Source of the DNA: an uncultured Gammaproteobacteria bacterium
Lineage (GTDB): Bacteria; Patescibacteriota; Patescibacteriia; Magasanikbacterales; JBBTQS01
NCBI GenBank assembly: GCA_964627055.1
Contig: CAZVGV010000001.1
Coordinates: forward strand, 19,620-83,619
Direction: 5' to 3'
Length of the DNA: 64,000 bases
The translations under genes were made by a program, and so were the position numbers. This document shows, in pieces, positions 1-11,016 of this stretch. The stretch's first letter is position 1. Every line of letters begins with the position of its first letter. Below the pieces are notes generated by a model. That model was not told where the DNA came from, ran no database searches, and was given only the letters and a program-made list of their open reading frames with translations.

Positions 1-112
1 AACGCCGCCTGCTGCTGAGACGTGACAACCGATATATGACATATGGAGAGAGTATAGCGTGTAGTGGGAAAAAAGGAACAGGTGTTAGTGTATAGTGCTA
101 TACTGTTGGTGT

Positions 113-685
113 ATGAATAAAGTTTTTGCATTGTCGACTTTACTCTGCCTTGTGGCAGTCGGTGTTGTTTGCTCATATGTATTTGGCATTCCACGTGTAG
201 CTGATGGGGTGGTTGAACCAGATGAGACTGCGCAGATTCGCTACGAAGCCCAAGCGCTGGCAGCGGCGGGTGAGCCTGCTCGCACTGTTTTCGATGAGGA
301 GACAGAGGAAACGTATGTGTCATTTGTTGTGCCAGCTGGAGAGCAGCGCATGGAGCTTACTGAGGAAGCAGCAAGCTTCAAGCGTGGTGGTGGCGATGAT
401 TCTGAAATGATCATGTTTGCCGACGTGAACTTCGACGGTGTACTGGATGTGGGAGTGCTCACATCGATTGGGTATATGGGTGTGAATTTGTTTCATACGT
501 ACTACACATTCAACAATATGACCAAGCAGTACGAGGAAGTGCCTGATCTAGGTGAAGTACCATATGGTGTGGAGATTGATGCGGCCACGAGAACAATGGT
601 TGCTCGCATGAAGGACGGTCCGACATGGGTAGAGGAGATCATTACCTACGATGGAACGACCTATACGCGTACTCGCTCTAAGTAA
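113..685 (+). CDS. Hypothetical lipoprotein/secreted protein with an FG-GAP-like Ca-binding loop
   Basis: ORF 95..685; likely ATG at 113 (MNKVFALSTLLCLVAVGVVCS is signal/lipobox-like). Motif DVNFDGVLD matches the DxNxDGxxD FG-GAP loop. No wider homology recognised. Confidence 0.5.
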   Translation: MNKVFALSTLLCLVAVGVVCSYVFGIPRVADGVVEPDETAQIRYEAQALAAAGEPARTVFDEETEETYVSFVVPAGEQRMELTEEAASFKRGGGDDSEMIMFADVNFDGVLDVGVLTSIGYMGVNLFHTYYTFNNMTKQYEEVPDLGEVPYGVEIDAATRTMVARMKDGPTWVEEIITYDGTTYTRTRSK

Positions 686-697
686 TGAACAGAAAAG

Positions 698-734
698 AAA
701 TACCCCGGGCACACGTGCGCGGGGTATTTCTTTC
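698..734. terminator. Bidirectional intrinsic terminator between the convergent lipoprotein gene and tig
   Basis: Inverted repeat AAATACCCC...GGGGTATTT with a GC-rich inner palindrome, flanked by an A-tract upstream and TTTCTTTC downstream. Confidence 0.5.
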
Positions 735-749
735 GATGACTCGGCTTTC

Positions 750-2031
750 TTACTTAATCAGTTTTTCTTTGAGCTCGCGCAATGCCTTGCGGTTGCGTAG
801 CATTCCTGCGAGTGACTCGCGCGTGTCGACGGTGTCGAGTTGTGCGAGGATTTCCTTGTCGTTCTTGTAGTGCTCTTTCATGTTGTCGATCTCCTTCTGT
901 ACTTCGGCAGCGTCGACGTCGATCTTTTCGCGCTCAATGTATGCGCGCAACGCGAGTGTAGACTTCACACGCTTCTCCGCTTGCTCTGCATAGCCTGCAC
1001 CGAATTCCTCGGCAGTCTTGTTCACGGATGCGAGGTAATCTTCCATGGTAAGGCCCTGAGACTCTACGCGCTGCTTGAGCTCGCCGAAGATGCGGCGCTT
1101 CTCTGCATCGAGGAGTACCTCTGGGATCTCGTCGAACTTGGACTTCGCGATGATCTGCTCGAGAAGTTCAGATTCCTGACGTTCTTCTTCCTTCTGCGTT
1201 GCTTCGGTCTGCAAGTTGGTCTTGAGAAGCTCGCGCAATTTCTCCATCGACTCCTGGCCAAATCCCTTCGCAAACTCTTCATTCAACTCTGGGAACTGGC
1301 GCTCGAACACATCCTTCACCTTCACGGAGAACTGTACGTCCTTACCAGCGAGGTGCTTCTGGTAGTGTTCCTTGGGGAAGGTGAGAGTGAATTTCTTTTC
1401 GTCATCTTTCTTGAGGCCGAGGAGTTCTGCAGGAAGACCTGGAACATAGTAGTCCTCGCTCAAGTACACGCCATGGTCCTTGGTCTGACCACCTTCTACC
1501 GGCACGTTGTCGACGGAGAGCTCCATGTCTACAACGACCTTATCCTCCTTGCCTGCAGCGCCAGCCTTCGCAACTTCAGTACCGCGCATTTTGCGAAGCG
1601 ACTCCATGGTTTCGTCGACTTGCTTGTCTTCGACAGTTGCGTCTTTCTTCTCAACCTTGATTTTCGAAAGGTCTGGGAGCTCAACATTTGGAAGTACAGC
1701 AACCGTTGCAGTGAACTCGCAGTTGTTGCCTGGGGCGAGCTTCTTCACATTCACCTGTGGCATGCCAATGGTCTTGAGGTTCTTCTCCTTCACGGCTGCG
1801 TAGTAGCTGCTCTGCACCGCACGCTCAAGTGAGGCTTCGTAGATTGCCATTTCGCCGACCTCTGCCTTTACCTTCTCGTATGGCGCATGACCACGGCGGA
1901 ATCCCTTGATATCACGGTGTTCTGAAATGTGCTTTGCAGCGCGTTCAACGTGGGGGCGCATTTCGGCGTCCGTGAGTGTAACGGTGATTTCAACTTGCGA
2001 CTTTGGGAGATTTTTTACCTCAATTTGCATA
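750..2031 (-). CDS. tig: Trigger factor (ribosome-associated peptidyl-prolyl isomerase chaperone)
   Basis: Translation starts MQIEVKNLPKSQVEITVTLT, a typical trigger-factor N-terminus, with conserved length and domain order. The ORF extends upstream to 2147, but the conserved start is the ATG at 2031. Confidence 0.9.
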
Positions 2032-2173
2032 GCATTCCATGAATAGATAACGCGGTAAGTGTAGAAAATATTAGCAAAAACGTCAATGTTTTCATTGACA
2101 TATTCGGTAATCTGATTAAAATGGCCAGACGCGAGCTCCAACAACACATCTGCTCGCGTTCGGAGGGTTACTC

Positions 2174-2530
2174 GTGAAGCATGAATTCCGGATCGTACTT
2201 CCTAAGGAGGTGACCAAACCCAGAGTGGAGGACGTCACGAATGCTCGGCTCGTCCTTCTCCGCGATGGGAGGCAAATCGCGCACGAATCGTTTTCAACCG
2301 AAGGAGAGATGCCTCGCGCGAACCTTACGAGGTGGATGACTGACATGGTGCCTCCGGGTGAGCATGTGCATCTGATGGATCAGGTCTATCGGGAGTTCGT
2401 TCAACTCTTTGCACAAACGGAGGCGAACGGCGTCAGCATGGAGCTGTCCAATGGTGTGCTCAAGTTGCGCCCCATCGTCTGTGCTCGGCAGCCGAACGAG
2501 GCGAGTAATCACCCTGACCACATCGACTGA
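2174..2530 (+). CDS. Hypothetical protein (118 aa)
   Basis: Intact ORF between the tig promoter region and a strong terminator; no recognisable motif. Confidence 0.4.
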   Translation: MKHEFRIVLPKEVTKPRVEDVTNARLVLLRDGRQIAHESFSTEGEMPRANLTRWMTDMVPPGEHVHLMDQVYREFVQLFAQTEANGVSMELSNGVLKLRPIVCARQPNEASNHPDHID

Positions 2531-2544
2531 CAACAACACAAACG

Positions 2545-2580
2545 AAAAACCGACGTCCCGGAGGCACGTCGGTTTTTCGT
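2545..2580. terminator. Bidirectional intrinsic terminator (A-tract, CCGACGT, loop, ACGTCGG, TTTTT)
   Basis: Perfect 7-bp GC-rich stem with flanking A- and T-tracts between the convergent 2174..2530 (+) and hppA (-). Confidence 0.6.
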
Positions 2581-2597
2581 TTGTCCAAGTGAGTTGC

Positions 2598-4619
2598 TTA
2601 CACCAACATCGAGACGATGAGCAGAGCGACGATGTTGAGAATCTTGATCATTGGGTTCACAGCTGGACCAGCAGTGTCCTTGTATGGGTCACCAACAGTG
2701 TCACCAGTAACAGCTGCTTGGTGCGCGATCGAACCCTTGCCGCCGTAGTTACCCTGTTCGATGAACTTCTTCGCGTTGTCCCAAGCGCCACCACCAGAGG
2801 TCATGGAGATTGCAACAAAGAGACCTGTTACGATCGAACCAACAAGGAGGCCACCAAGTGCTTCAGGTCCAAGCAAGAAACCAACAACGATTGGCACTAC
2901 TACTGGAATAAGAGCTGGGACAACCATTTCAGAGATTGCGCCCTTCGTAACAATGTCTACTGTACGTGCGTAGTCAGGCTTCGCCTTACCTTCCATGATG
3001 CCTGCGATTTCGCGGAACTGGCGTCGTACTTCCTCAACAACCTTACCAGCAACCTTACCTACAGCCTGCATTGCGTATGCTGCAAAGAGGTATGGGAGGA
3101 GTCCACCCAAGAACAAACCAACGAGTACGTATGGGTCACCGAGCTCGAACGAAAGTTCGTGTCCGAGATTTGCGAACTCTTGGGTGTATGCAGCAAAGAG
3201 AACGATTGAAGCAAGACCTGCAGATGCAATTGCGTAGCCCTTCGTAACTGCCTTGGTTGTGTTACCAACAGCGTCGAGAGGGTCTGTAATGTTGCGAACT
3301 GACTCATCGAGCTCAGCCATTTCTGCAATACCACCAGCGTTGTCTGTGATAGGGCCGTATGCATCAATTGCAATCACGATGCCTGCCATAGAGAGCATGG
3401 ACATAGCGGCAATTGCAACACCATAGATACCTTCAAGTTGGAATGCCCCAAGGATACCAGCGGCGATCACGATTACTGGAAGTGCTGTCGCCTTCATGGA
3501 TACCGCAAGACCAGTGATCACGTTCGTGCCATGACCAGTTTCGCTTGCCTTTGCGATAGAGCGAACTGGCTCATACTTGGTCGAGGTGTAGTACTCAGTG
3601 ATTACTACCATGAGTGCAGTCACCACAAGACCAATGAGCGCTGCGCCGTACATGCTTCCTGTGCTATTTGGGAAGAAGTGCGCTGTTGCTGGGTAGAAGA
3701 GAATTGCTGCGAGAAGGCCAGAAACTCCAAGGCCCTTGTACAGTGCATTCATGATGTTCTTCGAAGGACCAAGCTTGAAGAAGAACGTGCCAACAATCGA
3801 TGTAAGAATTGAGATTGCACCGAGGAAAAGTGGGAATACTACTGCAGCCTCACCACCTGCCTTGAATACGATTGATGCGAGAAGCATCGCGGATACTGAA
3901 GTAACCGCGTAGGTTTCGAACAAGTCTGCTGCCATACCTGCACAATCACCAACGTTGTCACCAACGTTGTCGGCGATTACTGCAGGGTTGCGTGGGTCAT
4001 CTTCTGGGATACCTTTTTCAACTTTACCTACGAGGTCTGCGCCCACATCAGCTGCCTTGGTGTAAATACCACCACCCAAGCGAGCGAACACGGAGATAAG
4101 TGATCCACCAAATCCGAGACCAACAAGCGCAGTCGTATCACGGGTGATCCAGTAGAAAACAGTCACACCGAGAAGCGCGAGACCAACAACGAGCAAACCA
4201 GTCACAGAGCCGCCCTTTACAGCGACGTCGAGTGCCTGTTGCATGCCAGACTTTGCCGCTTCAGTTGTGCGGACGTTTGCGCGTACCGACACAATCATGC
4301 CGATGACTCCGGCGATAGCGGAGAGTACAGCTCCAACGAGGAAGCCGAAGGCAACGCTCCAACCTAGTGAGCTAATACCCACGAGAATAAACACGACAAG
4401 ACCGATCCATGCGACCGTCTTATACTGGCGAACCATATAGGCGTTAGCGCCTTCTTGGATCGCACGTGCGATCGCCATCATTTTTTCGCTACCGGTTGGG
4501 CGCTGCATAACCCAGCGCGCGAGCCACAATCCATACGCGATTGCGACCAGGGACGCGACGAGCGCTGCCCACAAGTACATTGATACGTCTTGCATAAATA
4601 AGGACGTGAGTAAACGCAT
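2598..4619 (-). CDS. hppA: Membrane-bound proton/sodium-translocating pyrophosphatase
   Basis: 673 aa, multi-TM. Conserved H+-PPase motifs are visible ([56 protein letters not shown]). True start may be an internal Met (4595 or 4580). Confidence 0.92.
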   Translation of the reverse strand: MRLLTSLFMQDVSMYLWAALVASLVAIAYGLWLARWVMQRPTGSEKMMAIARAIQEGANAYMVRQYKTVAWIGLVVFILVGISSLGWSVAFGFLVGAVLSAIAGVIGMIVSVRANVRTTEAAKSGMQQALDVAVKGGSVTGLLVVGLALLGVTVFYWITRDTTALVGLGFGGSLISVFARLGGGIYTKAADVGADLVGKVEKGIPEDDPRNPAVIADNVGDNVGDCAGMAADLFETYAVTSVSAMLLASIVFKAGGEAAVVFPLFLGAISILTSIVGTFFFKLGPSKNIMNALYKGLGVSGLLAAILFYPATAHFFPNSTGSMYGAALIGLVVTALMVVITEYYTSTKYEPVRSIAKASETGHGTNVITGLAVSMKATALPVIVIAAGILGAFQLEGIYGVAIAAMSMLSMAGIVIAIDAYGPITDNAGGIAEMAELDESVRNITDPLDAVGNTTKAVTKGYAIASAGLASIVLFAAYTQEFANLGHELSFELGDPYVLVGLFLGGLLPYLFAAYAMQAVGKVAGKVVEEVRRQFREIAGIMEGKAKPDYARTVDIVTKGAISEMVVPALIPVVVPIVVGFLLGPEALGGLLVGSIVTGLFVAISMTSGGGAWDNAKKFIEQGNYGGKGSIAHQAAVTGDTVGDPYKDTAGPAVNPMIKILNIVALLIVSMLV

Positions 4620-4783
4620 TAAAAACTAGCGTTACTGTAAGGCAATTCCGATCAAACGTCAATAAATATCGAGAACCCCGCCGGCAGTACTGCTAGCGGG
4701 GCTCAAATCGTTCGAACCATGTGAAATCTTTCTCGGCTTGCGGCTATGCGCCGGGCCGGGGTGGGAGAGGTGCTGGCGCAGCC

Positions 4784-5434
4784 TCAGTAGACTCGGGTGT
4801 CCGCGAGGAGCGGTTGCGCCTGACGGAGAACTGCGTCGCCGGGACGGCTGTCTGGCTTCGGGAAGTCCCGGACCAGAACTTGGCATCGTAACGCGAGCGC
4901 GATGTACGGGCGTGTTGCCTGCGCATCGAACTCTGGCCGATTGCTCAAGTACGACCAGTCGTCGAGCATCGGTAGAACGATGCGCTGACATGCGCGTACC
5001 AGCCGATGCAGGTCGTCTGGAGCACCACCGGAACGCATCATGATCGTGAAGGCGTCCGTGATGATCGGTGTCTTTGTCGCGAGATTCGCAGCGAAGTCGC
5101 ACTGGGAGATGTCCTGAGTGCCAGGAATCGCCGTGATGAGCCCAGAAGGCTGGTATGCGTACTCGCGACACGCTTGGAACGAGCGCCACCGCTCGGTGTT
5201 GGAAGGAACCCAGTCACCGCCAATCGCAGTGATCGTGGGCTCTTCCGTGCGAGACTCAGCAGGCTTGACCTTCGCCGGCTTCGGCTGATCCTCGAGCTTC
5301 GGCCGCTCCGATTCTTGCGGCCACCAGAAGTAGAACGCGATGATCAGCAACGCGCCGATCAGCGCAAACAGCAGTGCCTTGGTAAACGTTACTTCCTCGT
5401 GTTGAGGGCCTCCTGCCCCAATGTGCGAGACCAT
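4784..5434 (-). CDS. Hypothetical membrane-anchored protein, GC-rich
   Basis: N-terminal TM helix (ALLFALIGALLIIAFYFWW) followed by a soluble domain. About 60% GC with strong GC3 bias against a ~55% background. Several overlapping ORFs exist in other frames; this frame is preferred because of the TM helix and a downstream hairpin (4676..4703). Confidence 0.4.
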   Translation of the reverse strand: MVSHIGAGGPQHEEVTFTKALLFALIGALLIIAFYFWWPQESERPKLEDQPKPAKVKPAESRTEEPTITAIGGDWVPSNTERWRSFQACREYAYQPSGLITAIPGTQDISQCDFAANLATKTPIITDAFTIMMRSGGAPDDLHRLVRACQRIVLPMLDDWSYLSNRPEFDAQATRPYIALALRCQVLVRDFPKPDSRPGDAVLRQAQPLLADTRVY

Positions 5435-5843
5435 GGAACACACATCCTTGGGCGCGGTGGTTGTTTGATCCGCCCCGAGGCCGCTCCTTTACGGCTTCGG
5501 GATGGACCAACAGACGCCACAATATCCCATAGTGTACCACAATTGTCAAGCTGTGGCTGGTCACAATGAGTCTGGTACGGTATAGTTGGTAGAGCTTTAT
5601 ATGAAGAGATTCATATACAAGCTCCATCTAGAGTTCCTCAAACTACTTGTAGAAACAAAGCGTTTTTTTGTAGCAGTGGGGCGCTGGAGCTGGGGAAAGG
5701 TGCGTAAGTACACACGGATAACAGCCCGGGTGTTGCTTTTTGGCGTATACAAGTCGTATGTCTCTTGGCGCATGCGGCTTGAGAGTAATCTTGAGACCAC
5801 CCAGGAACGAGTGTATCTCGTGACCAGTAACAAATTTTTTATC

Positions 5844-7055
5844 ATGGGTGTGGCGTCTGTGACTGTACTGCTCATTGGCTTGCCGCACATGAGATTTATT
5901 ACGCCCCCGGCGTATGGCGCCGGGTCAACAAGTCTGTTGTTAGCAATTGTGGGACCCAGTGATGAAGAATCAGCGTACGAGGAAGAGACAGCAGACGCAT
6001 ATGATACGAGTACTCCTGTTGAATATGGATACGGAGCTCAACCTAATGACGCTCATCTTCCGAATGAGGAATATGGCATTGATTATGATCTGGGGTATGA
6101 CAGCGCTAGTGTCTACGCACCAGTGGTAGCACCGGGTGGCACATTACTTCCTTCTGGTTCAGTTGCGACAACGGTACAACCAACGGCACCGTCTCAGGGA
6201 TTTGAAATTAAGAAATACACGGTCGAGAGTGGTGATACGATTTCGAGTATTGCCAAGAAGTTTGGTATTACTCAACAAACAGTCATGGGCGAGAACTCCC
6301 TCACCTCCCGGTCTACATTGCGGGTAGGTCAGGTGCTTACGATTTTGCCAGTTGATGGTGTTGTACACACGGTGAAGCGTGGGGACACGTTGGCAGCAAT
6401 CGCGCGTCAATACGGACTCAAGGCGACTGATGAATTACAGCGTGTAAACCAGCTGAACAGCAGGAGTACGCTTTCGATTGGTCAGTCATTGGTTGTTCCT
6501 GGTGGTGTGAGAACGGTTGCAGTTGCACCAAAGCCTGTGGCAAATGCTGGTTCGAGCGCGAACACCAAGCTACCTCCTCCTGTTACTGGTACGTATGTTC
6601 CAACAAATTCTGGTGAGGATCATACAGATGAATATTACGGTCCAGCCAAATTCCGCAACCAGGCGAAACCAGCGCCAAGTCCGAATGCAAATGCAGCTGG
6701 CATGATTTGGCCAACAACAAGCAAGCGCATCAACCAGTATTTCAGTGGACGCCATTCCGGTCTTGATGTGCATGGATACTATGATAGTCCGTTGTACGCA
6801 TCAGATGATGGTGTGGTGAAGGTGGCAAACTGGCGCACGAATGGATATGGGTTCGGCGTCGACATTGATCATGAAAACGGCATTGTCACTCGATATGGTC
6901 ACGCAAGTCGTCTTTTCGTTCACATTGGTCAGCGCGTGAAGAAGGGTGATGTTATCGGATTTATTGGAACAACAGGTAAATCAACAGGCCCTCACTTGCA
7001 CTTTGAGGTTATTGTGCGCGGCGTGCGCGTGAACCCGTTCACGTATACGCGTTAA
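5844..7055 (+). CDS. LysM-domain M23 family metallopeptidase (peptidoglycan hydrolase)
   Basis: Two LysM repeats (YTVESGDTISSIAKKFGI; HTVKRGDTLAAIARQYGL) and a C-terminal M23 core (HSGLDVHG...HLHFEV). N-terminal TM/signal. Start chosen at MGVASVTVLL; the ORF extends to 5586. Confidence 0.85.
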   Translation: MGVASVTVLLIGLPHMRFITPPAYGAGSTSLLLAIVGPSDEESAYEEETADAYDTSTPVEYGYGAQPNDAHLPNEEYGIDYDLGYDSASVYAPVVAPGGTLLPSGSVATTVQPTAPSQGFEIKKYTVESGDTISSIAKKFGITQQTVMGENSLTSRSTLRVGQVLTILPVDGVVHTVKRGDTLAAIARQYGLKATDELQRVNQLNSRSTLSIGQSLVVPGGVRTVAVAPKPVANAGSSANTKLPPPVTGTYVPTNSGEDHTDEYYGPAKFRNQAKPAPSPNANAAGMIWPTTSKRINQYFSGRHSGLDVHGYYDSPLYASDDGVVKVANWRTNGYGFGVDIDHENGIVTRYGHASRLFVHIGQRVKKGDVIGFIGTTGKSTGPHLHFEVIVRGVRVNPFTYTR

Positions 7056-8518
7056 GTGATGGTATTGGGCATTCGTAGTTGCACAGCTTCGAGCATGTGC
7101 TCTTCAGTAATATCTGGTGATGCTGCTAGGTCAGCAATGGTCCGGGCGATACGCATGATGCGATAATGCGCGCGAAATGAAAGATGGAACATGTCTGTCG
7201 TACGATCAAGAAGTATTTGTGCAGCAGGGGTAGTCGCAGCGCGATCAGATCGCATTGCGCGAAAAGCTCGAGCAGCAGATACGCGTTCACGGACACACTG
7301 ACTAGATTCTGACTCCTGTACACGGTTCTGAGAATGCAGCCGGACCACGCGCACGTGCATGTCGAAGCGATCAAGGAGCGGCCCAGAAATTTTTTTTCTG
7401 TACGCATCAATGCGTGCGGCCGAACAGGTGCACGCAGTGTCCGGATCATCGGCGTACCCACACGGGCAAGGGTTTTGCGCGGCAATCACCATACACGCCG
7501 CAGGATACGTGCGTGTAGTATGTGAGCGGGCGATTGTGATGGTGCCATCCTCCATGGGCTGACGTAGGACTTCAAGTACGTTGCGATTGAATTCGGGTAG
7601 CTCATCGAGGAACAAAACGCCGCGGTGCGCAAGTGCAATCTCGCCAGGGCGTAGATGTTGTCCGCCGCCCAAGAGTGCCGCAGTAGACGCGCTGTGGTGC
7701 GGTGCGCGGAACGGTGGTTGTGTGATAATTGGCGCCTCTTGGGAAGTGAGACCAGCAAGAGCGTGGAGTTGGGTGACTTCAAGTGCTTCGTCGTGTGAGA
7801 GAGGGGGGAGAACCGTCGCTAGAGCGCGCACCAGTGTGGTTTTGCCGGTGCCGGGTGGACCGCTCATAAACAGGTTGTGCTTGCCGACTGCAGCAATCTC
7901 GAGCGCGCGTTTTGCTGTATATTGTCCGTGGATCATTGAGATGTCCAAGCTGGGGGTGTATAGGTTCGGCTGGGGAGGGGTGTGAGGAATGGGGGAGATC
8001 GTTCGCTTTCCTGCAAGGTGTTCCATCAATTGACCTATTCCAGACACTGGCAAGATGCTCATATCTGGAATGTAGGCTGCTTCTGTGCGGTTTGCTGCTG
8101 GGATATAGGCTGTGTGGATTCCTTGTGCCCGTGCCCCGATGAGGGCAGGAAGAATGCCGTCGGTGTACCGTGTCGACCCGTCAAGTGCGAGTTCTCCAAG
8201 AAAAATAGAATCTCCCGTGTCTCGATAGGGTATTCCCATAGCTGGAAGCAGAATACTAACGGCTATAGGTAGATCATAGAGGGGGCCAGCCTTGCGAATA
8301 GTTGCAGGAGCAAGGTTCACGGTGATTCGGTATGTTGAAGGAAAAGGAAGGTCAGCATTTTTGCATGCAGATCTGATACGTTCTTTGGCTTCCTGCACGC
8401 CTGTGTCGGCAAGTCCAACGATTGTGAAGCCGGGGAATCCTCCTCTGAGGTCTGTTTCGACTGTAATTTTAGTTACAACAAGACCAGTATTTGCAACGGT
8501 GGTGGTTCGAGAGATCAT
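7052..8518 (-). CDS. comM: YifB/ComM family Mg-chelatase-like AAA+ ATPase
   Basis: N-terminal MISRTTTVANTGLVVTKITVETDLRGGFPGFTIVGLADTG, Walker A GPPGTGKTTL, C-terminal ChlI-like region. Conserved start at 8518; the ORF runs to 8731. Confidence 0.85.
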   Translation of the reverse strand: MISRTTTVANTGLVVTKITVETDLRGGFPGFTIVGLADTGVQEAKERIRSACKNADLPFPSTYRITVNLAPATIRKAGPLYDLPIAVSILLPAMGIPYRDTGDSIFLGELALDGSTRYTDGILPALIGARAQGIHTAYIPAANRTEAAYIPDMSILPVSGIGQLMEHLAGKRTISPIPHTPPQPNLYTPSLDISMIHGQYTAKRALEIAAVGKHNLFMSGPPGTGKTTLVRALATVLPPLSHDEALEVTQLHALAGLTSQEAPIITQPPFRAPHHSASTAALLGGGQHLRPGEIALAHRGVLFLDELPEFNRNVLEVLRQPMEDGTITIARSHTTRTYPAACMVIAAQNPCPCGYADDPDTACTCSAARIDAYRKKISGPLLDRFDMHVRVVRLHSQNRVQESESSQCVRERVSAARAFRAMRSDRAATTPAAQILLDRTTDMFHLSFRAHYRIMRIARTIADLAASPDITEEHMLEAVQLRMPNTIT

Positions 8519-8593
8519 ACGGTGCGGCGCTCTTGCGCCCTTAAGAATAGTGTGGTAGTGTACAGCAACAGTAAGGATTTTGGCTATACATCT

Positions 8594-9067
8594 ATGCAGA
8601 CATACGAAGTATTGGTTGTGCTTCCAGGTACGCTTACAGCTGAAGAAGTACAGGCAAAACAGCAAGAAATTACAAAGCTCTGCACCGAACACGGGGCTGA
8701 GCATGTTCATGTCAATGACATGGGCAAGCATCGCCTCGCGTACGAAATCCGCAAGGCTCGCTTCGGCTGGTTCACACAGGTTGTGTTGCAGCTTGAGCCT
8801 GCTCGTGTGAAGGAAGTACAGATGGTATTGCAGCGTTCATCGGGCTTGTTGCGCTTTGCAATCCGTTCGATTACGCCAGAGACCAAGCGCGAGTTCTCGT
8901 TCTTTACTGGATTGTTCTCCGAAACAGGGGACAAGCGCACACAGGGTACAACCACTTCCACCTTTAATCAGAAGGTAGAAGCGGCTCCAGCACCTGTAAA
9001 CATGGAAGAATTGGACAAGAAACTTGAAGATATCATCAAAGGCGAGACGGTGAACGAAAAACTCTAA
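8594..9067 (+). CDS. rpsF: 30S ribosomal protein S6
   Basis: MQTYEVLVVLPGTLTAEEV start with conserved rpsF-ssb-rpsR synteny. C-terminal extension present. Confidence 0.85.
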   Translation: MQTYEVLVVLPGTLTAEEVQAKQQEITKLCTEHGAEHVHVNDMGKHRLAYEIRKARFGWFTQVVLQLEPARVKEVQMVLQRSSGLLRFAIRSITPETKREFSFFTGLFSETGDKRTQGTTTSTFNQKVEAAPAPVNMEELDKKLEDIIKGETVNEKL

Positions 9068-9079
9068 TTCGAATCACCT

Positions 9080-9547
9080 ATGGATCTCAACAAGGTCATG
9101 CTCCTCGGACGCCTTACCCGCGACCCTGAGGTGCGAACGACCACGAGCGGCACGATGGTAGCGACACTTGGGCTAGCGACGAACTCATCCTATAAGGATA
9201 GCTCGGGGCAGCGTCAGGAGAAGGCCGAGTACCACGATGTCGTAGTCTGGAGTAAATTGGCAGAAATTGCTCAGCAATATCTGTCCAAGGGACGCCGAGT
9301 GTTCGTGGAAGGTCGCTTGCAGACTCGAGACTGGACAGGAACAGATGGGGTACGCAAGTTCAAGACCGAAATTGTTGCAGAGAACCTCATCATGCTTGAC
9401 GGACCTAAGGGAAATGAGGCAGGATATAGCGCAGCAGGAAATTCTGGTGCGTCACGACCTGCAGGACAACCCCCACGCCCGGCTCAAGCAGCATCAGCTG
9501 CACCGGTAGATGAAGAAGAAATTCGCGTTGAAGACATCCCATTCTAA
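9080..9547 (+). CDS. ssb: Single-stranded DNA-binding protein
   Basis: OB-fold N-terminus (MLLGRLTRDPEVRTT...VVWSKLAEIAQQYLSKGRRVFVEGRLQTRDW), Gly/Pro/Ala-rich linker, acidic tail ending DIPF. Confidence 0.9.
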   Translation: MDLNKVMLLGRLTRDPEVRTTTSGTMVATLGLATNSSYKDSSGQRQEKAEYHDVVVWSKLAEIAQQYLSKGRRVFVEGRLQTRDWTGTDGVRKFKTEIVAENLIMLDGPKGNEAGYSAAGNSGASRPAGQPPRPAQAASAAPVDEEEIRVEDIPF

Positions 9548-9553
9548 AGGCAT

Positions 9554-9778
9554 ATGCCAAAGCAAAAATCGACAAAACAGAAAATGTGCTACTTCTGCGT
9601 GAATAACAACACTGCAGTTGACTACACAGCGACCAACACCTTGCGCCGTTTCCTTTCTTCATACATGAAGATTGCTCCACGTCGCCGTTCTGGTCTCTGT
9701 GCTCTTCATCAGCGCAAGGTTGCAACCGCAGTAAAGCAGGCTCGCCAGATGTCGATTTTGCCTTACATGCCTCAGTAA
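9554..9778 (+). CDS. rpsR: 30S ribosomal protein S18
   Basis: 74 aa containing CYFC...RRFLS...G and a basic C-terminus, in conserved position after ssb. Confidence 0.9.
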   Translation: MPKQKSTKQKMCYFCVNNNTAVDYTATNTLRRFLSSYMKIAPRRRSGLCALHQRKVATAVKQARQMSILPYMPQ

Positions 9779-9810
9779 GAGCTGGATTCATCTCGTAATA
9801 AACACAAAAC

Positions 9811-9841
9811 AAACAGACCCCGGCAACGGGGTCTGTTTGTT
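9811..9841. terminator. Bidirectional intrinsic terminator (CAGACCCCG, GCAA loop, CGGGGTCTG)
   Basis: 9-bp GC stem with an A-tract upstream and a T-rich run downstream, between rpsR (+) and recA (-). Confidence 0.6.
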
Positions 9842-9869
9842 ACGCCAATAGGAGATAGTACGTAAAGCT

Positions 9870-10946
9870 CTAGGCCTCCTCCTCCTCAGGAGTTTCTTCA
9901 ATATCAGCAGCAGCTGCAAAGCGTGTGGTGACAGTACCCGCTTCACGCTCCTGGCGGACTTTCTCGAGGACTTGCTTGCGTGCTTCCTGGATGATAGATG
10001 GATTCTCATTGAGGAACTGCTTTGCCTTTTCACGGCCAAGGCCAAGCTTCACTTCACCATAGGCATAGCTGTTACCCATCTTGGTGATGACCTTATATTC
10101 TGTACCAGTATCGAGCAAGTCACCTGCGATGGAGATACCTTCGTTATACATGATATCGAATTCAGTCGTCATGAACGGCGCAGCAACTTTGTTCTTCACG
10201 ATTTTCGCCTTCACGCGGTTACCGATAATCTTCTCGCCCTGCTTGATCTGCGCACTGCGTCGCACCTCGATGCGCTGTGACGCATAGAACTTGAGCGCGG
10301 TACCACCGGTGGTAGTCTCTGGGTTGCCGTAGAAGACGCCAATCTTGAGACGGGTTTGGTTGATGAAGATACAAATGGTCTTGCTTTTGTTCACGATACC
10401 TGCGAGTTTGCGCAATGCCTGAGACATGAGACGAGCCTGAAGACCTACATGCTGATCGCCCATATCACCCTCAATTTCCGCCTTTGGTACAAGGGCAGCT
10501 ACAGAGTCGACAACGATTACATCCACTGCATTGGAGCGAACGAGTGTTTCGACGATATCGAGGGCTTGTTCTCCGGTATCTGGTTGAGAAATGAGGAGCT
10601 GATCGACATTCACTCCAATGCGACGTGCATAGTCAGGATCAAGCGCGTGTTCTGCATCAACAAAAGCTGCGATACCGCCTGCCTTCTGTACTTCAGCCAC
10701 AATATGCTGCGCAAGCGTGGTCTTACCAGACGCTTCAGGACCATAAATCTCGATAATTCGACCGCGTGGGACGCCACCAACACCAAGTGCAATATCGAGG
10801 GATAAACATCCGGTTGAAACGGCATCAACCTCAGAGTGCTTGGCTTCACCGAAGCGCATAATTGCGCCGTCGCCGAATCGCTCCTTGATTTGCTCGATGG
10901 CGAGCTCTGCAGCCTGGTTCTTTTCATTCACTTCATTCTTTGCCAT
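9870..10946 (-). CDS. recA: Recombinase RecA
   Basis: Conserved start [27 protein letters not shown], Walker [13 protein letters not shown]1/L2 loop regions. The ORF extends upstream to 11033. Confidence 0.93.
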   Translation of the reverse strand: MAKNEVNEKNQAAELAIEQIKERFGDGAIMRFGEAKHSEVDAVSTGCLSLDIALGVGGVPRGRIIEIYGPEASGKTTLAQHIVAEVQKAGGIAAFVDAEHALDPDYARRIGVNVDQLLISQPDTGEQALDIVETLVRSNAVDVIVVDSVAALVPKAEIEGDMGDQHVGLQARLMSQALRKLAGIVNKSKTICIFINQTRLKIGVFYGNPETTTGGTALKFYASQRIEVRRSAQIKQGEKIIGNRVKAKIVKNKVAAPFMTTEFDIMYNEGISIAGDLLDTGTEYKVITKMGNSYAYGEVKLGLGREKAKQFLNENPSIIQEARKQVLEKVRQEREAGTVTTRFAAAADIEETPEEEEA

Positions 10947-11016
10947 ACAGCTGAAACTAAATAATGAGGGCGCCAAATCCCTCCGTTCTTCGGCGCTAGA
11001 TTCATTGTAGTCTGTG

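Noticed and set aside
840-1832. 330-aa plus-strand ORF antisense to tig (and similar long antisense ORFs within hppA, rpoC and yebC, e.g. 2409..3209, 19562..20476, 22287..22979)
   Set aside because: They are mirror frames of highly conserved genes. Leu/Val-rich compositions arise from reading the complement of Glu/Lys/Asp-rich coding sequence. The sense-strand genes have unmistakable homology.
5006-5569. 187-aa plus-strand ORF (Arg-rich) overlapping the 4784..5434 minus-strand gene
   Set aside because: Extreme Arg/Pro/Leu bias typical of an off-frame read through GC-rich DNA. It has no start signals. The opposite-strand frame has a TM helix and a sensible composition.
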